From contig CAVYHV010000010.1 in the NCBI GenBank assembly GCA_963768425.1, forward strand, positions 115,193 through 179,192: a stretch of DNA of 64,000 bases. The letters run 5' to 3'. The notes under the pieces are model-generated. The model was not told the origin of the DNA. It worked only from the letters and a program-made list of their open reading frames with translations, and made no database searches. A program made the translations under genes and the position numbers. The stretch is from Candidatus Bathyarchaeota archaeon (GTDB lineage Archaea; Thermoproteota; Bathyarchaeia; Bathyarchaeales; Bathycorpusculaceae). Of this stretch, positions 41,217-51,853 are shown in pieces; position 1 is the first letter of the stretch, and every line of letters begins with the position of its first letter.

Positions 41217-41480
41217 AGGCTGGATCTGCATTGTATGATGAAATTGCTCTTGAATTCTAGTATGCGAGACAACTCGTCTCCGTTGATTTACCCCAAAACA
41301 TGACTTTGTTTTTCAATCGAGGGGCGGGCGAACCGGACTTATCCCTCAAACAGGAAGGATCTTTCAAGATAAAAATTGAAGACTTTAGGTCTGCCTTAGC
41401 TTAAAATCACCGGTAACAAAAATTTGTTGCTAAATAAGAATATGAAAAAAATTATGAAAATATAGTAAAAAAGATCGGTG

Positions 41481-42698
41481 TTAGTTCCCCGATGCTGTTT
41501 TGTCTGTTTTTTGAGGCGGTCCGCTTTTCATCAACGCAAGCATCATTTCTGTTTTGGCACCCCCAAGGTCCTTTGACACCGATTTCAAATATTCAGGGAT
41601 TGCTATATGCTGTGGGCAACGTTCCATGCATTGTTTGCACTCTTTACATAATGATGCATCGGCGCGTTTACCTGTCAAGCCACCCATCAACATCATTCCA
41701 TACATAGCACGTGAATGTTGTTCATCACCGAACATGCAATAGTCATTATAGGCGCTGAAGTTGCGAGGAATATTCACGCCGGATGGACAGGGCATACAGT
41801 ATTCGCAGCCGGTACATTGAACTTTCATAAGACGCTTATAAGATTCAGCGACGTTTTTGATTGTTGCCAGTTCATCAGATTTCATTGAGTTCGGCAACGC
41901 AGTTTCAGCAGTCTTAATGTTTTCGGAAATTTGTTTTTCGTCATTCATTCCTGAAAGAACCACTGTAACTTCAGGGTGATTCCACACCCAGCGAAGACCC
42001 CATTCAGCTGCGGGCCTTTGAGTTTTAGAGCCATCGTAAAACTGCTTCACTTCCTTTGGGAGATTATCCGCTAATGCTCCGCCTCTAAGAGGTTCCATAA
42101 CCATGACTGCAAGATTCTTTGATGCGGCATACTTCAGCCCCTTTGTTCCAGCTTGTATTTTCTCGTCTAAGAAATTGTATTGTATTTGACACATTGCCCA
42201 GTCATTGGCATCAACAATTGCTTTGAAAGTCTTAGTTGAACCGTGAAATGAGAAACCTATGTTCACTATTTTTCCCTCTGTTTTCGCTTTTTCTAAGAAT
42301 TTCAAAGCACCAAATCCTTGAAGCTTATTCCAAAATTCTTTTTCGAGCCCGTGCAAAAGGTAATAGTCAATATGGTCCGTTTGGAGCTTTTGCAGAGAAG
42401 CGTTTAACATTTTATCCATGTCTTCAGCTTTATTTAGCATAAAAGGTGTAAGTTTAGTAGCGATTTTTACTCTTTTGCGGTAGCCGTCTAACAGGGCTTT
42501 TCCAAGCACTTTTTCGCTGTTACCTCCGTGGTATGGAGGGGCTGAGTCCACGTAATTTACGCCGTTGTCGATTGCGTAGCGGATTTGGCTTATTGCGCGT
42601 TCTTCATCTACGTATTGCCCCTTCAAGGGTAAGCGCATACATCCGAATCCTAATACTGATAATTTGTCGCCGTTTTTCGGTACTATTCTGAATTGCAT
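41481..42698 (-). CDS. Aldo/keto reductase with C-terminal 4Fe-4S domain
   Basis: LGFGCMRLP, GVNYVDSA..YH.G.SE, IGFSFHG, MEPLRGG, CTGCEYCMPCP. Confidence 0.93.
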   Translation of the reverse strand: MQFRIVPKNGDKLSVLGFGCMRLPLKGQYVDEERAISQIRYAIDNGVNYVDSAPPYHGGNSEKVLGKALLDGYRKRVKIATKLTPFMLNKAEDMDKMLNASLQKLQTDHIDYYLLHGLEKEFWNKLQGFGALKFLEKAKTEGKIVNIGFSFHGSTKTFKAIVDANDWAMCQIQYNFLDEKIQAGTKGLKYAASKNLAVMVMEPLRGGALADNLPKEVKQFYDGSKTQRPAAEWGLRWVWNHPEVTVVLSGMNDEKQISENIKTAETALPNSMKSDELATIKNVAESYKRLMKVQCTGCEYCMPCPSGVNIPRNFSAYNDYCMFGDEQHSRAMYGMMLMGGLTGKRADASLCKECKQCMERCPQHIAIPEYLKSVSKDLGGAKTEMMLALMKSGPPQKTDKTASGN

Positions 42699-42985
42699 TT
42701 TATTGCACTTCCAGTTTTTGACTTAACTATTTCACATTCAATATGATTTAGATTGAACAATGAATAAGGTTTTGATTTTTATCCGTCTATTAAAGTATCG
42801 CTATCTTAGTATTTTGATTCTCATGAACCCAAAACTTGTCGTCAATCGCGAGGAGGCTGACAAAAGAACACACAAACCCATTGATTCTCGTCAATTCGTC
42901 AGAAACGACTGCTTCAATTCTGAGAAAACGAAATTCGGTTGCATGATAAGCGATTAAAGGCAAAATGCTAAAAGAATTTGCCCTT

Positions 42986-43291
42986 TCAGAACAGACAGGG
43001 GCTCTGGTCTCTTTCTTCGTTTACTCTTTCTTCAACTATAGGCAGCACGTCTTTGAGTTCTCTGAATGCGTTAAGCACAGTCACGGCGAGTTGCGTAATA
43101 GAGAAAACTTTTCTTTCGTTTCCTACGATCTTCTTTTCAACCAATCCCTGCTGAATCAGGAAATCAAGACGCTCCTTTAATTTGCTGCAGTTAACGTTAG
43201 CCTTGTTCATAATGTGGGTCAGTTTTAGCGGACCCCTGCGATCCAAGACCTCCAGGACATCCACATTCATTTCCAGTTTAGACCGTTTCAT
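42986..43291 (-). CDS. Winged-helix regulator (HTH_45/DUF4364-like), paralog of 53963..54256
   Basis: RSKLEM.VD.L, KLTHIM.KANVN. Confidence 0.85.
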   Translation of the reverse strand: MKRSKLEMNVDVLEVLDRRGPLKLTHIMNKANVNCSKLKERLDFLIQQGLVEKKIVGNERKVFSITQLAVTVLNAFRELKDVLPIVEERVNEERDQSPCLF

Positions 43292-43308
43292 CGTTTCACT
43301 TTCTCTTC

Positions 43309-43482
43309 TTACTTCAAGTTTCCGAGCTTAAACACGATGAGCCTGTTCCCAAACGCCGTAACTATATCGTTTAACAGTATTTTCTGCAGTTCCACTGAAA
43401 GCCCTTGGGTTTTTTCCTTGAAAACCGAAACCATCTCAGCTTTCAAGTCTTTCCTAAATTTAACCGTCAATTGTTGGCTCAA
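43309..43482 (-). CDS. Small helical protein (57 aa), paralog of 54343..54522
   Basis: MSQQLTVKFRKDLKAEMVSVFKEKTQGLSVELQKILLNDIVTAFGNRL...; GGAG upstream. Confidence 0.7.
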   Translation of the reverse strand: MSQQLTVKFRKDLKAEMVSVFKEKTQGLSVELQKILLNDIVTAFGNRLIVFKLGNLK

Positions 43483-43637
43483 CTATTTGACTCCAAACTT
43501 GCTGTTCTAAAAGGTAAGATTCATGTTGCTTAACTCACTTATGAAAGCCAGCGTAATATTCAAAATATTAATTGTGACTATGCTTTCAAGACCACCAAAA
43601 TATAGGAATTTTAAGGAAATGCCGAAAACCATGGAGA

Positions 43638-44123
43638 TTAGCTTGAGGTTAATTTCCCGTCGGGTTTCTTTCGTTCAGTTATGTCTCGAATTAGGGCTAT
43701 GGAGTATAAACGGTTGTTTTCTTCGAAAACTGATGCGTGCATTTCAACAGTTCTCTTTTCGCCCGAACCATCTTTAAGAGGCAATTTGATTTTCATCCCA
43801 GTAATTTTGCCTTTATTTTCAGCTGCAAATTTCCTGATTCCGTCAAGCACATATTGCTTGGATGCCTTTGGAAATTGCTGGTTGAATCGTTCAAAGAAAA
43901 CCTGTCCAACCACTTCTCTTGAGCACCTGAACATTTCCAGTGCAGCTTCGTTGAGGTTTGTTATTTTTCCCTCATAATCTATTACGATGATGGCGTCGCT
44001 TGATGCTTCAAAGATTGCGCGGAACCGCGCCTCGCTTTGTTCGACAAGTTTTTGCGCCCTTACTTTGTCCGCAGCTTGCAAAATATGTCGGCTTTCTCGC
44101 TGAGGAAGAATTAATAATTTCAA
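43638..44123 (-). CDS. Stand-alone PAS-domain ORF, probably a kinase remnant
   Basis: SEARFRAIFEASSDAI...NEAA..MF...RDITERK, then stop. Confidence 0.65.
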   Translation of the reverse strand: MKLLILPQRESRHILQAADKVRAQKLVEQSEARFRAIFEASSDAIIVIDYEGKITNLNEAALEMFRCSREVVGQVFFERFNQQFPKASKQYVLDGIRKFAAENKGKITGMKIKLPLKDGSGEKRTVEMHASVFEENNRLYSIALIRDITERKKPDGKLTSS

Positions 44124-44149
44124 ATACTATTTGGAATATGGTGATTTTT

Positions 44150-44914
44150 ATGGAAAACTATAGGCAACAGGCGTTGGAATTATTAAAAAGCGGCGAGACA
44201 GGGGATAACGGACCGCTTTCTTACATAAATCCAGATAATTATACGCAGCACAATCTTACGTTGAAAGATGGTATTCAAGGATTAATCGAGCGTAGAGCAA
44301 TCAATCAGAAAATCTCGTTTAAAGTCAATCCGATAAGAGCGTTTCAAGATGGGAATTTCGTTTTTACACATTCGGAGTTTAGCATCCCAAACGTTTCTTT
44401 GATTGGCTTTGACATATTCCGTTTTGAAGATGGAAAGATTGTTGAGCACTGGGACAATTTTCAGCAGAAGGCTGCAACACCAAGCCCTAGCGGACACACT
44501 ATGACAGATGGGCCTACAACTGCTTCTGACCTTGACAAAACTGAAGCGAACAAATTACTCTTGCAAAATTACATGGATGACCTGCTCAAGGGCCGCGGAG
44601 AAAAGTTCGCAGGTTATTTTGATGGAGATAACTACATACAACATAGTCCTTTAGTTGCTGATAATCTTACGGGGCTATTTGCTGGATTGAAGGCTTTGGC
44701 TACGCAGGGTTTAGCTGTGAAGTACGCCGAGGTCCATAAAATTTTAGGAGAAGGAAACTTCGTACTCGTTGTTTCAGAGGGCAACTTCGGCGACAAGCTA
44801 TCATCGTATTACGACTTATACAGAATCCAAAATGGGAAAATTGCTGAACATTGGGACACTATTCAAGCAATACCTCCGCGTGACGAATGGAAGAATTCAA
44901 ATGGTAAGTTTTGA
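44150..44914 (+). CDS. Tandem SnoaL/NTF2-like protein
   Basis: Two repeats of Y.QH, D..R..DGKI.EHWD. Confidence 0.9.
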   Translation: MENYRQQALELLKSGETGDNGPLSYINPDNYTQHNLTLKDGIQGLIERRAINQKISFKVNPIRAFQDGNFVFTHSEFSIPNVSLIGFDIFRFEDGKIVEHWDNFQQKAATPSPSGHTMTDGPTTASDLDKTEANKLLLQNYMDDLLKGRGEKFAGYFDGDNYIQHSPLVADNLTGLFAGLKALATQGLAVKYAEVHKILGEGNFVLVVSEGNFGDKLSSYYDLYRIQNGKIAEHWDTIQAIPPRDEWKNSNGKF

Positions 44915-45113
44915 AGAGGCGCCTTTAACATCTTTTAACGCATAAAAGGAATCTGAACCCGGAATTGCTTCCAAACTTGAGATTTTTTCAATAGCCTGCA
45001 CATAGCGGACGCGGCGCAGTAAACCCTTTTTCATTTTTTGTTGGCTATTTTCGATTGGGCTTTTTCAAATGGTTTTTATGTGAGTCTGTCCTAGTTACGA
45101 GTGGTGTTTTGTA

Positions 45114-45395
45114 ATGGTTGAAGATTTTGAACAAGACGATTTCGATATGATTGACCCGTCAGCCAAAAGAGTTCTTGTGGCCCTTTCCCAATTTGAGAAA
45201 GGTCTCTTGGTGACGGTGGACCTCTTACACAAAAAAACAGGTTTGATGCCTGAAGCCCTAAACGACGCAGTGCGGCACCTGTTAAAATCTAAGCTCATCA
45301 ACAATCCTGAGCCGGCAAAAAAACATGGCCCCTACGATTTCAACGCCGTCGAAATAACCGACTTCGGAAGGCAAGTACTAGCAAAATTCGGATAA
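45114..45395 (+). CDS. Hypothetical wHTH-like protein
   Basis: L...GL....LNDAV..L....LI.....ITDFG pattern. Confidence 0.6.
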   Translation: MVEDFEQDDFDMIDPSAKRVLVALSQFEKGLLVTVDLLHKKTGLMPEALNDAVRHLLKSKLINNPEPAKKHGPYDFNAVEITDFGRQVLAKFG

Positions 45396-45906
45396 AACCT
45401 AACAACCAAGCCCTCATCTTAACTAGTAACGATACTTTTTCTTTTTTTAAGAATAAACAAAATATAAATAATGCTTAACCTTCAATGCGAACGAAGACAG
45501 TTTTGAACTATTCCTTTATGATGTTATGAGGGATTTAGCTCAATTTATCAGTAAGAAGTTGTGGTGAGTCGCACATGACTTAACCCCAGACGGGGGAACT
45601 AAAGGATTAATTCCTCCATGTATGCTTAACTTTTCAGACCAATCGTGTTAGTAGAAATCGCGGATGTTAGGTTCATATTCACGTTTAAATTTCATCGAGG
45701 AAGCATTTGGAATAAAGGCTAAAGCGTTACCAATAGCACGCTACTTGATCTTTCGTCAAACGCTGTAATGTTAAACTCGACGTAGGCATTCACAATCTTA
45801 TGGTCCTTATTGATAAATTCGAAAGTTAATTTTTCTTAAGTAAAAACTTCTTCACTAACCAACATAAAAGAAAGAAAAACGAATCAATATCTCGGGGTAA
45901 AACCAA

Positions 45907-46428
45907 TTGAGTACAGAAACTGAAAATGAGAGCTTAGAAGAGTCAATATTTAAGACTCTTAGCAATCAAAAGAGAAGAGATATCCTGCGGTTTATCGGTG
46001 AAAACAAGCAAGCTACATTTACAGAAATCAAAAGAGCTGCCGAAATTGAAGATAGCTCCTCGGTGTCATACCACCTGAACAGTCTAAAGTCCTTGATTGC
46101 CCAAAAGGAGGACAAATATAGTTTATCAGAGCTTGGACAAGAAGCCTACAACCTTATTGTTAAAACTAGCGCCTACACTTCAACCAATATCACCCTCGGC
46201 TACTTACGTAGGCAATTAACTTTACTAATAATTGCAAATGCGGCCATTTGGTTCACTGCAATTATTGTTACCAACTTAATTGCTGTTCAGCTAAGCCAGA
46301 ATGCCACTTTTGCGTTGGTCGCTTTATGGGCAATCAGCAACGCTTTACTGGTTACTATCTCAAGGAGAACAAATCATGAAAAAGAGTGCATCGTCAAAGC
46401 GGTAACAACCAAATTTGAGCGCCCCTAA
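45907..46428 (+). CDS. ArsR-type HTH protein with two C-terminal TM helices
   Basis: IFKTLSNQKRRDILR, TFTEI, SYHL..L, YSLSELG; hydrophobic C-terminal segments. Confidence 0.85.
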   Translation: MSTETENESLEESIFKTLSNQKRRDILRFIGENKQATFTEIKRAAEIEDSSSVSYHLNSLKSLIAQKEDKYSLSELGQEAYNLIVKTSAYTSTNITLGYLRRQLTLLIIANAAIWFTAIIVTNLIAVQLSQNATFALVALWAISNALLVTISRRTNHEKECIVKAVTTKFERP

Positions 46429-46777
46429 TCCTTTTCACCGATTCTTCAGCTTCCTGATTAGCTGAATTGTTGGCAGATTAGAATGAAGCTTGGCAAGGCT
46501 CTTAGCTTCTCAAGCGTAATCTCAGTGTCAGCGGAAGCCATTTACCTGAACAAAGCTTGCAAATTATGCTCTCAAAAAGCGATTGTAAATCTAAACGAGT
46601 AATGTAAGTTTTTTCTTCCCCTTTTCCTTAAACATTTTTTATTTAGCACCACTTTAACGGGATATTCCCGTAAATGACATATTTCAATTTTAGAAACTCG
46701 CTTTAAAAGCATAAAAATCCTTGGATTACCTGGGAAAACTGCATGAATTTATTCAAGAAAGTTGGTAGAGGTCTTAT

Positions 46778-46912
46778 TGTTCTTGCAATGGCTCCATTGT
46801 TTGAGCTTGAGAAGAGAGAACAGGAAAAAGGACTTGAAAAGAGATTGAAGCGTAGTAAAAGAAGTGAGCAACGTCACTGTTCTTGCAATGGCTCCATTGT
46901 TTGAGCTTGAGA
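46778..46912 (+). repeat. 35-bp perfect direct repeat, two copies 100 bp apart
   Basis: TGTTCTTGCAATGGCTCCATTGTTTGAGCTTGAGA at 46778-46812 and 46878-46912. Confidence 0.9.
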
Positions 46913-47203
46913 TGAAAGAGCAGGAATACGTTTTCACTATTATGTTCCATCAGGTGTAACAACCTCTACAGCTAACGTTTGACTTGATTAAAAATTTAGC
47001 AGTTGCTGGACGTATAACAGGTAACACTATTGGCAGCATAACAGTAATTTGGGATACTAAGAATTCGTTTGTTATATCCTACGGCTCTGGGGTCTTATTC
47101 ATTAGTAAAGAAATTAGCGTTGTCTAAGGTTGTTTCGCCATGTTCCCTATATACACAGACCTCACACTGCAGCCGACCTTAGTCAGTAAATGTTTCTGGG
47201 TTA

Positions 47204-47432
47204 TCATTTTTTCTGGCTTAAGTCAGTCCATTCATGACCGCAATGCTTGCACTTGTAGGTTACTCTGTAAGTGTGAACACGTGTTTCTTTATCAAAATTG
47301 TCTTGCCATTCCCATTTCATAGGAGCGGGAGCAAGATAGTCTTTCTGTACACAGCGTGTCAGCCCCAAGTAGCTCCTTTTTGACTTCTTTTGCTTGAAAC
47401 ACCAAATGGCAAGACGGACACCTTCTAAACAC
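47204..47432 (-). pseudogene. Frameshifted Zn-ribbon small protein
   Basis: MFRRCPSCH...LLGADT / ...TYRVTYKCKHCGHEWT in two frames. Confidence 0.55.
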
Positions 47433-47670
47433 TTACTTTCTCACCTACTTATTCTCTGTAACTTCAGACTATTCTTTCGTGCAGATTTAAGATTTATCTT
47501 TCAATTTTCTTACTAAAATGTCAATGTGCTTCTGAAAATTATTATTTTGGTCAATTTAAATCAAAATCAGAAAGAATAGCTTGTTAAATTGGGGATTGAA
47601 TTGGAAGAATTCAAGCGTTATGCTAGTGTTTAAAAGAACAATTGCGCCTTTTAGCAACGGAGAAAAAGTC

Positions 47671-49002
47671 ATGCCGTCGTTCCAAACTGTTCGCGGAATG
47701 CGTGATTTGCTCGGTGAAGAAGCACAAGCTTTTACAGGCATCATTGGCAAAGCTAGGGAAACAGCCTTGCTTTACGGTTACAAAGAGGTTATCACGCCTG
47801 TTGTTGAGTCGTTTGAGTTGTTGAGTGCCAAGTCAGGCGAGGAAATTCGCCAGCGTATGTTCATCTTTAAGGATTTGGGTGAGCGTCAAGTGGCCCTGCG
47901 CCCAGAATTCACGGCTTCAATCGCCCGGCTAGCAACAACTGCGCTCAAAAACGAACCTAAGCCTCTTCGACTGTTTTCAGCGGGAAGCGTCTACCGTTAT
48001 GATGAACCGCAGAAAGGCCGCTACCGAGAGTTCTACCAATCAAATTTTGAGCTGATGGGTTCCAGCCGACCTGAAGCCGACGCCGAAATCGTCCTGCTCA
48101 CAGACAGCTTTATGAGGTCATTATGTTTGCGCGGCTACGCCTTCAAAATAGGGCATATAGGTGTCGTGCGGGGAATCCTTAGCCAGGAAAACGTCGATGA
48201 AAAAACCCAGAACGCTATTTTGCAACGAATGGACAAAAAAGAGTATAACGAAGCGTTCAAACTCGCTCCGACGGAACATTGCCGAAACATGCTTGAGGGA
48301 CTGTTACAACTGAAAAGCGATAACTGCTTTGAAACCGTCGAAAAAATCAAGGCTTACGTTGCCGCCAATGAGATCGCGAAGGCTGCCGCAGACAACCTCG
48401 GCGACATTCTCAAACTTGTGGTTGATGGGGGATGCCCAATCCAAGTTGTTGAACCTGCTTTCGCGCGGGGACTCGAATATTACACAGGCATGATTTTTGA
48501 AATTTACATTCCTGAGTTGGATATCGCATTGGGCGGCGGCGGTAGATATGACAGGCTTATTGAGTTATTCGGCGGTGAAGCAACGCCCGCAGTAGGCTGT
48601 GCTCACGGAATTGACCGCATCGCTTTGGCACTCCAAGCCCAAAAAAACGTCTTAAGCACAGTGGGCAAAAAACGCGTTCTTGTGCTCGCAGTAAACGACC
48701 CTCTCAAAGGCGAAGCACTAAAAATTGCACAGGCACTCCGGCAGTCAGGGGTCGGAGTAGAGTTCGAGGTTATGGGTCGCAAGATGGGCAAGGCACTAGA
48801 GGACGCCGACAAACGCAAGGTTGATTACGCCGTCATTGTCGGCGAACGCGAACTCAAAGATGGCGCCGTAATGCTTCGGAACTTGGCGAAAAGAGAACAA
48901 ACCATCGTTCCAATCAAAGAACTGATGAAAAAATTTAGTTGCCAGCCCAGCAAAGAAACGCTAAAAAACGTTAGCAAAAACAATTTACCTTCCGCAGCTT
49001 AA
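47671..49002 (+). CDS. hisS: Histidine--tRNA ligase
   Basis: RGMRD, LRPEFTA, YRYDEPQKGRYREF.Q, RGLEYYTG, GGGRYD. Confidence 0.97.
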   Translation: MPSFQTVRGMRDLLGEEAQAFTGIIGKARETALLYGYKEVITPVVESFELLSAKSGEEIRQRMFIFKDLGERQVALRPEFTASIARLATTALKNEPKPLRLFSAGSVYRYDEPQKGRYREFYQSNFELMGSSRPEADAEIVLLTDSFMRSLCLRGYAFKIGHIGVVRGILSQENVDEKTQNAILQRMDKKEYNEAFKLAPTEHCRNMLEGLLQLKSDNCFETVEKIKAYVAANEIAKAAADNLGDILKLVVDGGCPIQVVEPAFARGLEYYTGMIFEIYIPELDIALGGGGRYDRLIELFGGEATPAVGCAHGIDRIALALQAQKNVLSTVGKKRVLVLAVNDPLKGEALKIAQALRQSGVGVEFEVMGRKMGKALEDADKRKVDYAVIVGERELKDGAVMLRNLAKREQTIVPIKELMKKFSCQPSKETLKNVSKNNLPSAA

Positions 49003-49036
49003 GCAACTAGCAAGAATTTTTCGGCTGGACACCAAC

Positions 49037-50041
49037 ATGACAAATCAAAAAGTCAGTAGCCCTTTGAGTAGTATCAGGGTTACGCCATTAGCAGCGGAAA
49101 GCTTCGGGGTTCGGTCGATGTGTACCTTGGCGGAGACGCCTGATGTAGCGGTGCTTTTTGACGCTGGGGTTTCGCTTTGTCCATGGCGCAGCGGTTTGCC
49201 GCCGCACCCCCTTGAGTTTCAAGCCATAGCCAAGATGCGCCGGAAAATAGCTGAAGCCGCAAGCAGAGCTGAGGTTGTCACAATCAGCCATTACCACTTC
49301 GACCATCACACCCCATCGTTTGAGGATTGGCTGGTAAACTGGACAGAAGCAAACACGACAGCACAGCGAATCTACCAAGGCAAAACAGTGCTTGCAAAAA
49401 ACCCGCGGGAGCAAATCAACCCTAGTCAACGCCAGCGCGCTTGGATGTTCCAGCAGACAGGCGGCAAACACGCTAAAACCACATTAACGGCAGACGGCAA
49501 AACGTTCACCTACGGAAAAACACAGCTGCGTTTCTCTGAACCTGTTGTCCACGGCTCGCAAAATTCAGGGTTGGGCTGGGTCATCATGGCGGTTGTCGAG
49601 TTCGCGGATGAACGATTTATGTTTGCGCCTGACGTGCAGGGACCTATGATGCAAACGACGGTGGAGACCATTTTGAAAGCTGAACCCACTGTGGCTATGA
49701 TTGGTGGACCGCCTTTGTATTTGGAAGGCTCTCGGGTTGAAACGATGCAGTTGGAGCTGGCTATTAGGAACCTTGAGCAGATAGCATCTTCAGTGCCGGT
49801 GACGATTGTCGAGCACCACGCGTTGCGAGGAGAAGAGTGGCGGGGCAGGTTGGGAAAGGTTTACGAAGCCGCTTCGGCATCGGGGCACAGCGTTGTGACA
49901 GCTGCAGAGTACGCGGGTGAAGAAAACTTGTTTTTTGAGTCCAGACGCAGACAACTTTACAGCGAAGCTCCGCCCACGGAAGAGTTCATGTTATGGACGA
50001 AGACTTTGAGCAGCCAAAAAATTGCTAAGCCCCCATTGTAG
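49037..50041 (+). CDS. UPF0282 MBL-fold metallo-hydrolase
   Basis: AAESFGVRSM, ISHYHFDH, PDVQGP, EHH.LR. Confidence 0.88.
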   Translation: MTNQKVSSPLSSIRVTPLAAESFGVRSMCTLAETPDVAVLFDAGVSLCPWRSGLPPHPLEFQAIAKMRRKIAEAASRAEVVTISHYHFDHHTPSFEDWLVNWTEANTTAQRIYQGKTVLAKNPREQINPSQRQRAWMFQQTGGKHAKTTLTADGKTFTYGKTQLRFSEPVVHGSQNSGLGWVIMAVVEFADERFMFAPDVQGPMMQTTVETILKAEPTVAMIGGPPLYLEGSRVETMQLELAIRNLEQIASSVPVTIVEHHALRGEEWRGRLGKVYEAASASGHSVVTAAEYAGEENLFFESRRRQLYSEAPPTEEFMLWTKTLSSQKIAKPPL

Positions 50042-50117
50042 CCTGACATGTCGGGTGGAAGGTAAATAAAGAGGCGGCGAAAAATAAATCCATCAATCAG
50101 GCAAATGATGAATCACC

Positions 50118-50792
50118 GTGTTGCTGTTTAGTATAGAGGCTTTCACCGCTTCCTTCGCTCTCATCGTAGTTGCGGAAATGGGCGACAAAACCCAGTTCGT
50201 AGCCATGTCCCTAGCCTGCAAATACAGCCCCTACAAAGTACTACTCGGAATTTTTTTGGCGACAATGGCAAACTTTGCAATCATGGTAGCCATCGGCCAA
50301 GTAATAACCGCTGTCGTTCCCATCGACATCATTTCCCTCGCTGCATCGCTCTCGTTCATTGCCTTCGGGCTCTGGACTTTGAAACCCGAGAAACCCAAAG
50401 AAGAAAATCCCAAGCTAAGCCGCTTCGGAATCGTCGGAACAGTTGCAGCCGCCTTTTTCATCGCAGAGTTTGGAGACAAAACCCAACTCACCACCATCAG
50501 CTTGGCCGCCGAATACCAAAGTGCCCTCGCCGTCTTGATTGGAGCCGTGGCGGGCATGCTGGTTGCAGACGGGGTTGGAATTGCAGCAGGAGTCATCTTA
50601 GGCAAACACATTCCAGAAAAAACACTCAAGTGGATTTCAGCAGCAATATTCATCGTGTTCGGGCTCGTCGGCGTCTACGAGGTTCTTACACGCCAAATCG
50701 GGCTGCCGTATACAACGCTCGTGCTGGTGTCCCTTATCGTTTTCTGCATCACGGTAAGTTGGCTTTTGACGCGGAAACACAAACCAACCTGA
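50118..50792 (+). CDS. TMEM165/GDT1 (UPF0016) Mn/Ca transporter
   Basis: Two E.GDKTQ motifs. Confidence 0.95.
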   Translation: MLLFSIEAFTASFALIVVAEMGDKTQFVAMSLACKYSPYKVLLGIFLATMANFAIMVAIGQVITAVVPIDIISLAASLSFIAFGLWTLKPEKPKEENPKLSRFGIVGTVAAAFFIAEFGDKTQLTTISLAAEYQSALAVLIGAVAGMLVADGVGIAAGVILGKHIPEKTLKWISAAIFIVFGLVGVYEVLTRQIGLPYTTLVLVSLIVFCITVSWLLTRKHKPT

Positions 50793-50881
50793 CCCAAGTA
50801 TTCCACTTAAGAAACTTAATATGGCAAGCAAAACTAGTTGAATCTGGAGTTGCTTCAGCTTTGGATCACAATTATCTCGTT

Positions 50882-51208
50882 ATGGCGGAGTTTAGCATTG
50901 TCCCAATCGGTACAGGCGAAACAAGCGTCGGCCGTTACATTGCGACAGCTGTTTTGGCGTTTTCGCGTGTGGAGGGACTGAGTTTTGAAGTTACGCCTAT
51001 GGGCACGGTTCTCGCTGCAGACGATTTGGACACGATTTTTGAAGCTGTCCGAAGGGCACATGAGGCTGTAGTCGCGTCGGGTGCAAGAAGAGTTTCGTCA
51101 TCCTTGAAAATAGATGACCGTCGGGACAAACCAAGGAGTATGCACGGCAAAGTTGACGCGGTTAAAAAATATATGAAAGAAGCCGAAGCAAATTCGCGTC
51201 GACACTGA
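50882..51208 (+). CDS. MTH1187-family thiamine-binding protein
   Basis: AEFSIVPIG, TPMGT, RV...KIDDRRDK. Confidence 0.9.
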   Translation: MAEFSIVPIGTGETSVGRYIATAVLAFSRVEGLSFEVTPMGTVLAADDLDTIFEAVRRAHEAVVASGARRVSSSLKIDDRRDKPRSMHGKVDAVKKYMKEAEANSRRH

Positions 51209-51223
51209 AAAACTTGGAAACAT

Positions 51224-51853
51224 CTAAGCGTGCTTTCTGGGTTTTGTCATGGCGGCGGCTTTTTTAAGTTCTATGGGCGTGAATACCCGAAAGAAAGTTC
51301 GGAAATCAGAATCCAATTGCTCAATCACCAAAGTTGAAACATAACGCACTCCACGCAAGCAACCAACGATCCCGGACACGTCGACTTCGCCGGCCTCCGA
51401 TGCTTTCTTAGCCGCTTCCAAAGCCAAACAAGTGTGATAGACCGCATGCAACGGCTCGATCTCGCTGCTCGTCCATCGAGGAACAACCGCCGACTTACCC
51501 GCGGACAACTCAAAAAGCAGGGAAACAACCTCCTTGGAGATGAACGGCGCATTATAGGGTAAAATCAGCGAATAATCGCCCTGAGCCGCCTCAAAACCCG
51601 TTAGGGCTGCAGCTAAAGATCCTTGAGGCTCATCCGAGTTGATGATGAATTTTACATTAGAAGACGAAACCACTTTGGCGTACAAGTCTGACTGCTCCTT
51701 TGAAGCCGTAACCACAAGTACTTCGCCGACAACGCCCTTGACAGCGTCAACCACATGGTTCAACAACGGCTTATTGGCCACCTTCAAGAGACCAATATCT
51801 TCATCGAACTTTCCTTGGGAAGCATCAGCCAAAATAATTGCAGATCTATCCAA
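51224..51853 (-). CDS. mobA: Molybdenum cofactor guanylyltransferase-like protein (divergent motifs)
   Basis: SAIILA, KPLL.HV, EPLHAVY; GG.S.R and D.P motifs degenerate (DASQGKF, YNAPF). Confidence 0.7.
   Translation of the reverse strand: MDRSAIILADASQGKFDEDIGLLKVANKPLLNHVVDAVKGVVGEVLVVTASKEQSDLYAKVVSSSNVKFIINSDEPQGSLAAALTGFEAAQGDYSLILPYNAPFISKEVVSLLFELSAGKSAVVPRWTSSEIEPLHAVYHTCLALEAAKKASEAGEVDVSGIVGCLRGVRYVSTLVIEQLDSDFRTFFRVFTPIELKKAAAMTKPRKHA

Noticed and set aside
46778-46912. Mini-CRISPR
   Set aside because: Only two copies, a 65-bp spacer, similarity extends past the repeat, and there is no leader or cas gene.
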